From positions 131,170 through 195,169 of the forward strand of contig JAWKIR010000004.1 of the NCBI GenBank assembly GCA_041394245.1: a stretch of 64,000 nucleotides of DNA, in the 5' to 3' direction. Shown here piece by piece: positions 63,560-64,000 of this stretch. Under the pieces are notes generated by a model that did no database searches, was not told where the DNA came from, and saw only the letters and a list, made by a program, of their open reading frames with translations. The translations under genes were made by a program, and so were the position numbers. Within the stretch, counting starts at the first letter, position 1; each line of letters opens with the position of its first letter. The DNA is from Acidimicrobiales bacterium. Lineage in GTDB: Bacteria > Actinomycetota > Acidimicrobiia > Acidimicrobiales > Aldehydirespiratoraceae.

Positions 63560-64000
63560 GTGAGCGTGGTCGAGCATCCCGAGCATCCCGAGCGGTACCG
63601 AGTCGAGGAGATCGCCGAGCGCGTCGGGATCGCGGTCGACACCATCCGCTACTACCAGCGCCGCAAGCTCCTGGCCGCTCCCCACAAGCAGGGGCGGGTC
63701 GCCTGGTACGACGCGTCGCATCGGCGTCGCCTGGAGGAGATCCGGGCGTTGGCCGACCGGGGGTTCACCCTCGCCCAGATCAAGGACCTTTCGAGCGACG
63801 ATGCGTCCGGGCTGCTCGCCGACCTCGCCGCGAAGCATGCGGGCGATCCCGATCTCGACAAGGCCGAGCTGGCACGGCGGGCCGAGGTTCCCGAGTTCAT
63901 CGTCGACATCGTCGTCAGCGCAGGGCTGCTCGTGCCCGTCGCCGCGGCCGGCAGCGACGAACCCCGCTTCCCGGCCGACGCGGTCGACATGCTCGTCGCG
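63560..64000 (+). CDS. MerR-family transcriptional regulator (3' end beyond window)
   Basis: Not on the ORF track. Manual translation from GTG 63560 (or GTG 63566) gives VSVVEHPEHPERYRVEEIAERVGIAVDTIRYYQRRKLLAAPHKQGRVAWYDASHRRRLEEIRALADRGFTLAQIKDL..., a MerR N-terminal HTH plus the start of the coiled coil. Open to nt 64000. Confidence 0.8.
   Translation, partial: MSVVEHPEHPERYRVEEIAERVGIAVDTIRYYQRRKLLAAPHKQGRVAWYDASHRRRLEEIRALADRGFTLAQIKDLSSDDASGLLADLAAKHAGDPDLDKAELARRAEVPEFIVDIVVSAGLLVPVAAAGSDEPRFPADAVDMLVA

Overview
Very GC-rich, gene-dense chromosomal segment. Actinobacterial hallmarks: an F420-type LLM oxidoreductase, DUF3039, DUF3097, a LigB-type ATP-dependent DNA ligase, an AdnAB/AddAB-like helicase-nuclease pair, many GTG starts, and many ATGA/GTGA stop-start overlaps. 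The phylum call is inference from gene content only.

I call 56 protein-coding genes. Two are cut by the window edges and so are missing from the ORF track; I found them by manual translation: a UvrD-like helicase at 1..2044(-) and a MerR-family regulator at 63560..64000(+).

Content by theme:
- DNA repair and recombination: UvrD-like helicase, AlkD-like and AlkA-like glycosylases, LigB, an SF2 DEAH helicase, the AdnAB-like pair.
- Acyl-CoA and lipid metabolism: three adenylate-forming ligases, enoyl-CoA hydratase, 3-hydroxyacyl-CoA dehydrogenase, thioesterase, two P450s.
- Two sulfatase-like proteins.
- Nucleoside and nucleotide salvage: nucleoside hydrolase, SurE, PsuG, a NUDIX CoA-pyrophosphatase-like protein.
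- Sugar use: GalK and a GH4 glycosidase.
- Transporters: two MFS, RarD, and a PadR-linked MacB/FtsX-type ABC exporter.
- Regulators: an OmpR-type two-component pair, PadR, MarR, MerR, and a GGDEF cyclase.

I saw no rRNA, tRNA, CRISPR array, transposase, integrase or phage genes. Most long track ORFs that overlap these genes are Arg/Pro/Gly/Asp-rich antisense or off-frame shadows typical of high-GC DNA.

I did not find convincing evidence for a novel multi-gene system. The region reads as core or accessory metabolism. The most unusual items are:
- two long perfect or near-perfect inverted repeats that fill convergent intergenic gaps, one followed by a (GGGGT)n G-quadruplex-type tract;
- a 29-nt-period tandem duplication at the response-regulator/kinase junction that creates a doubly coupled 10-codon mini-ORF;
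- a helicase-nuclease pair whose first subunit has no Walker A motif;
- two sulfatase-like paralogues lacking the canonical C-x-P-x-R motif;
- a GGCT-like gene with no canonical start codon upstream of its conserved N-terminal motif;
- an oddly mixed psuG-dinB-P450-thioesterase operon.

All family calls come from motif recognition by eye. No database searches were run.
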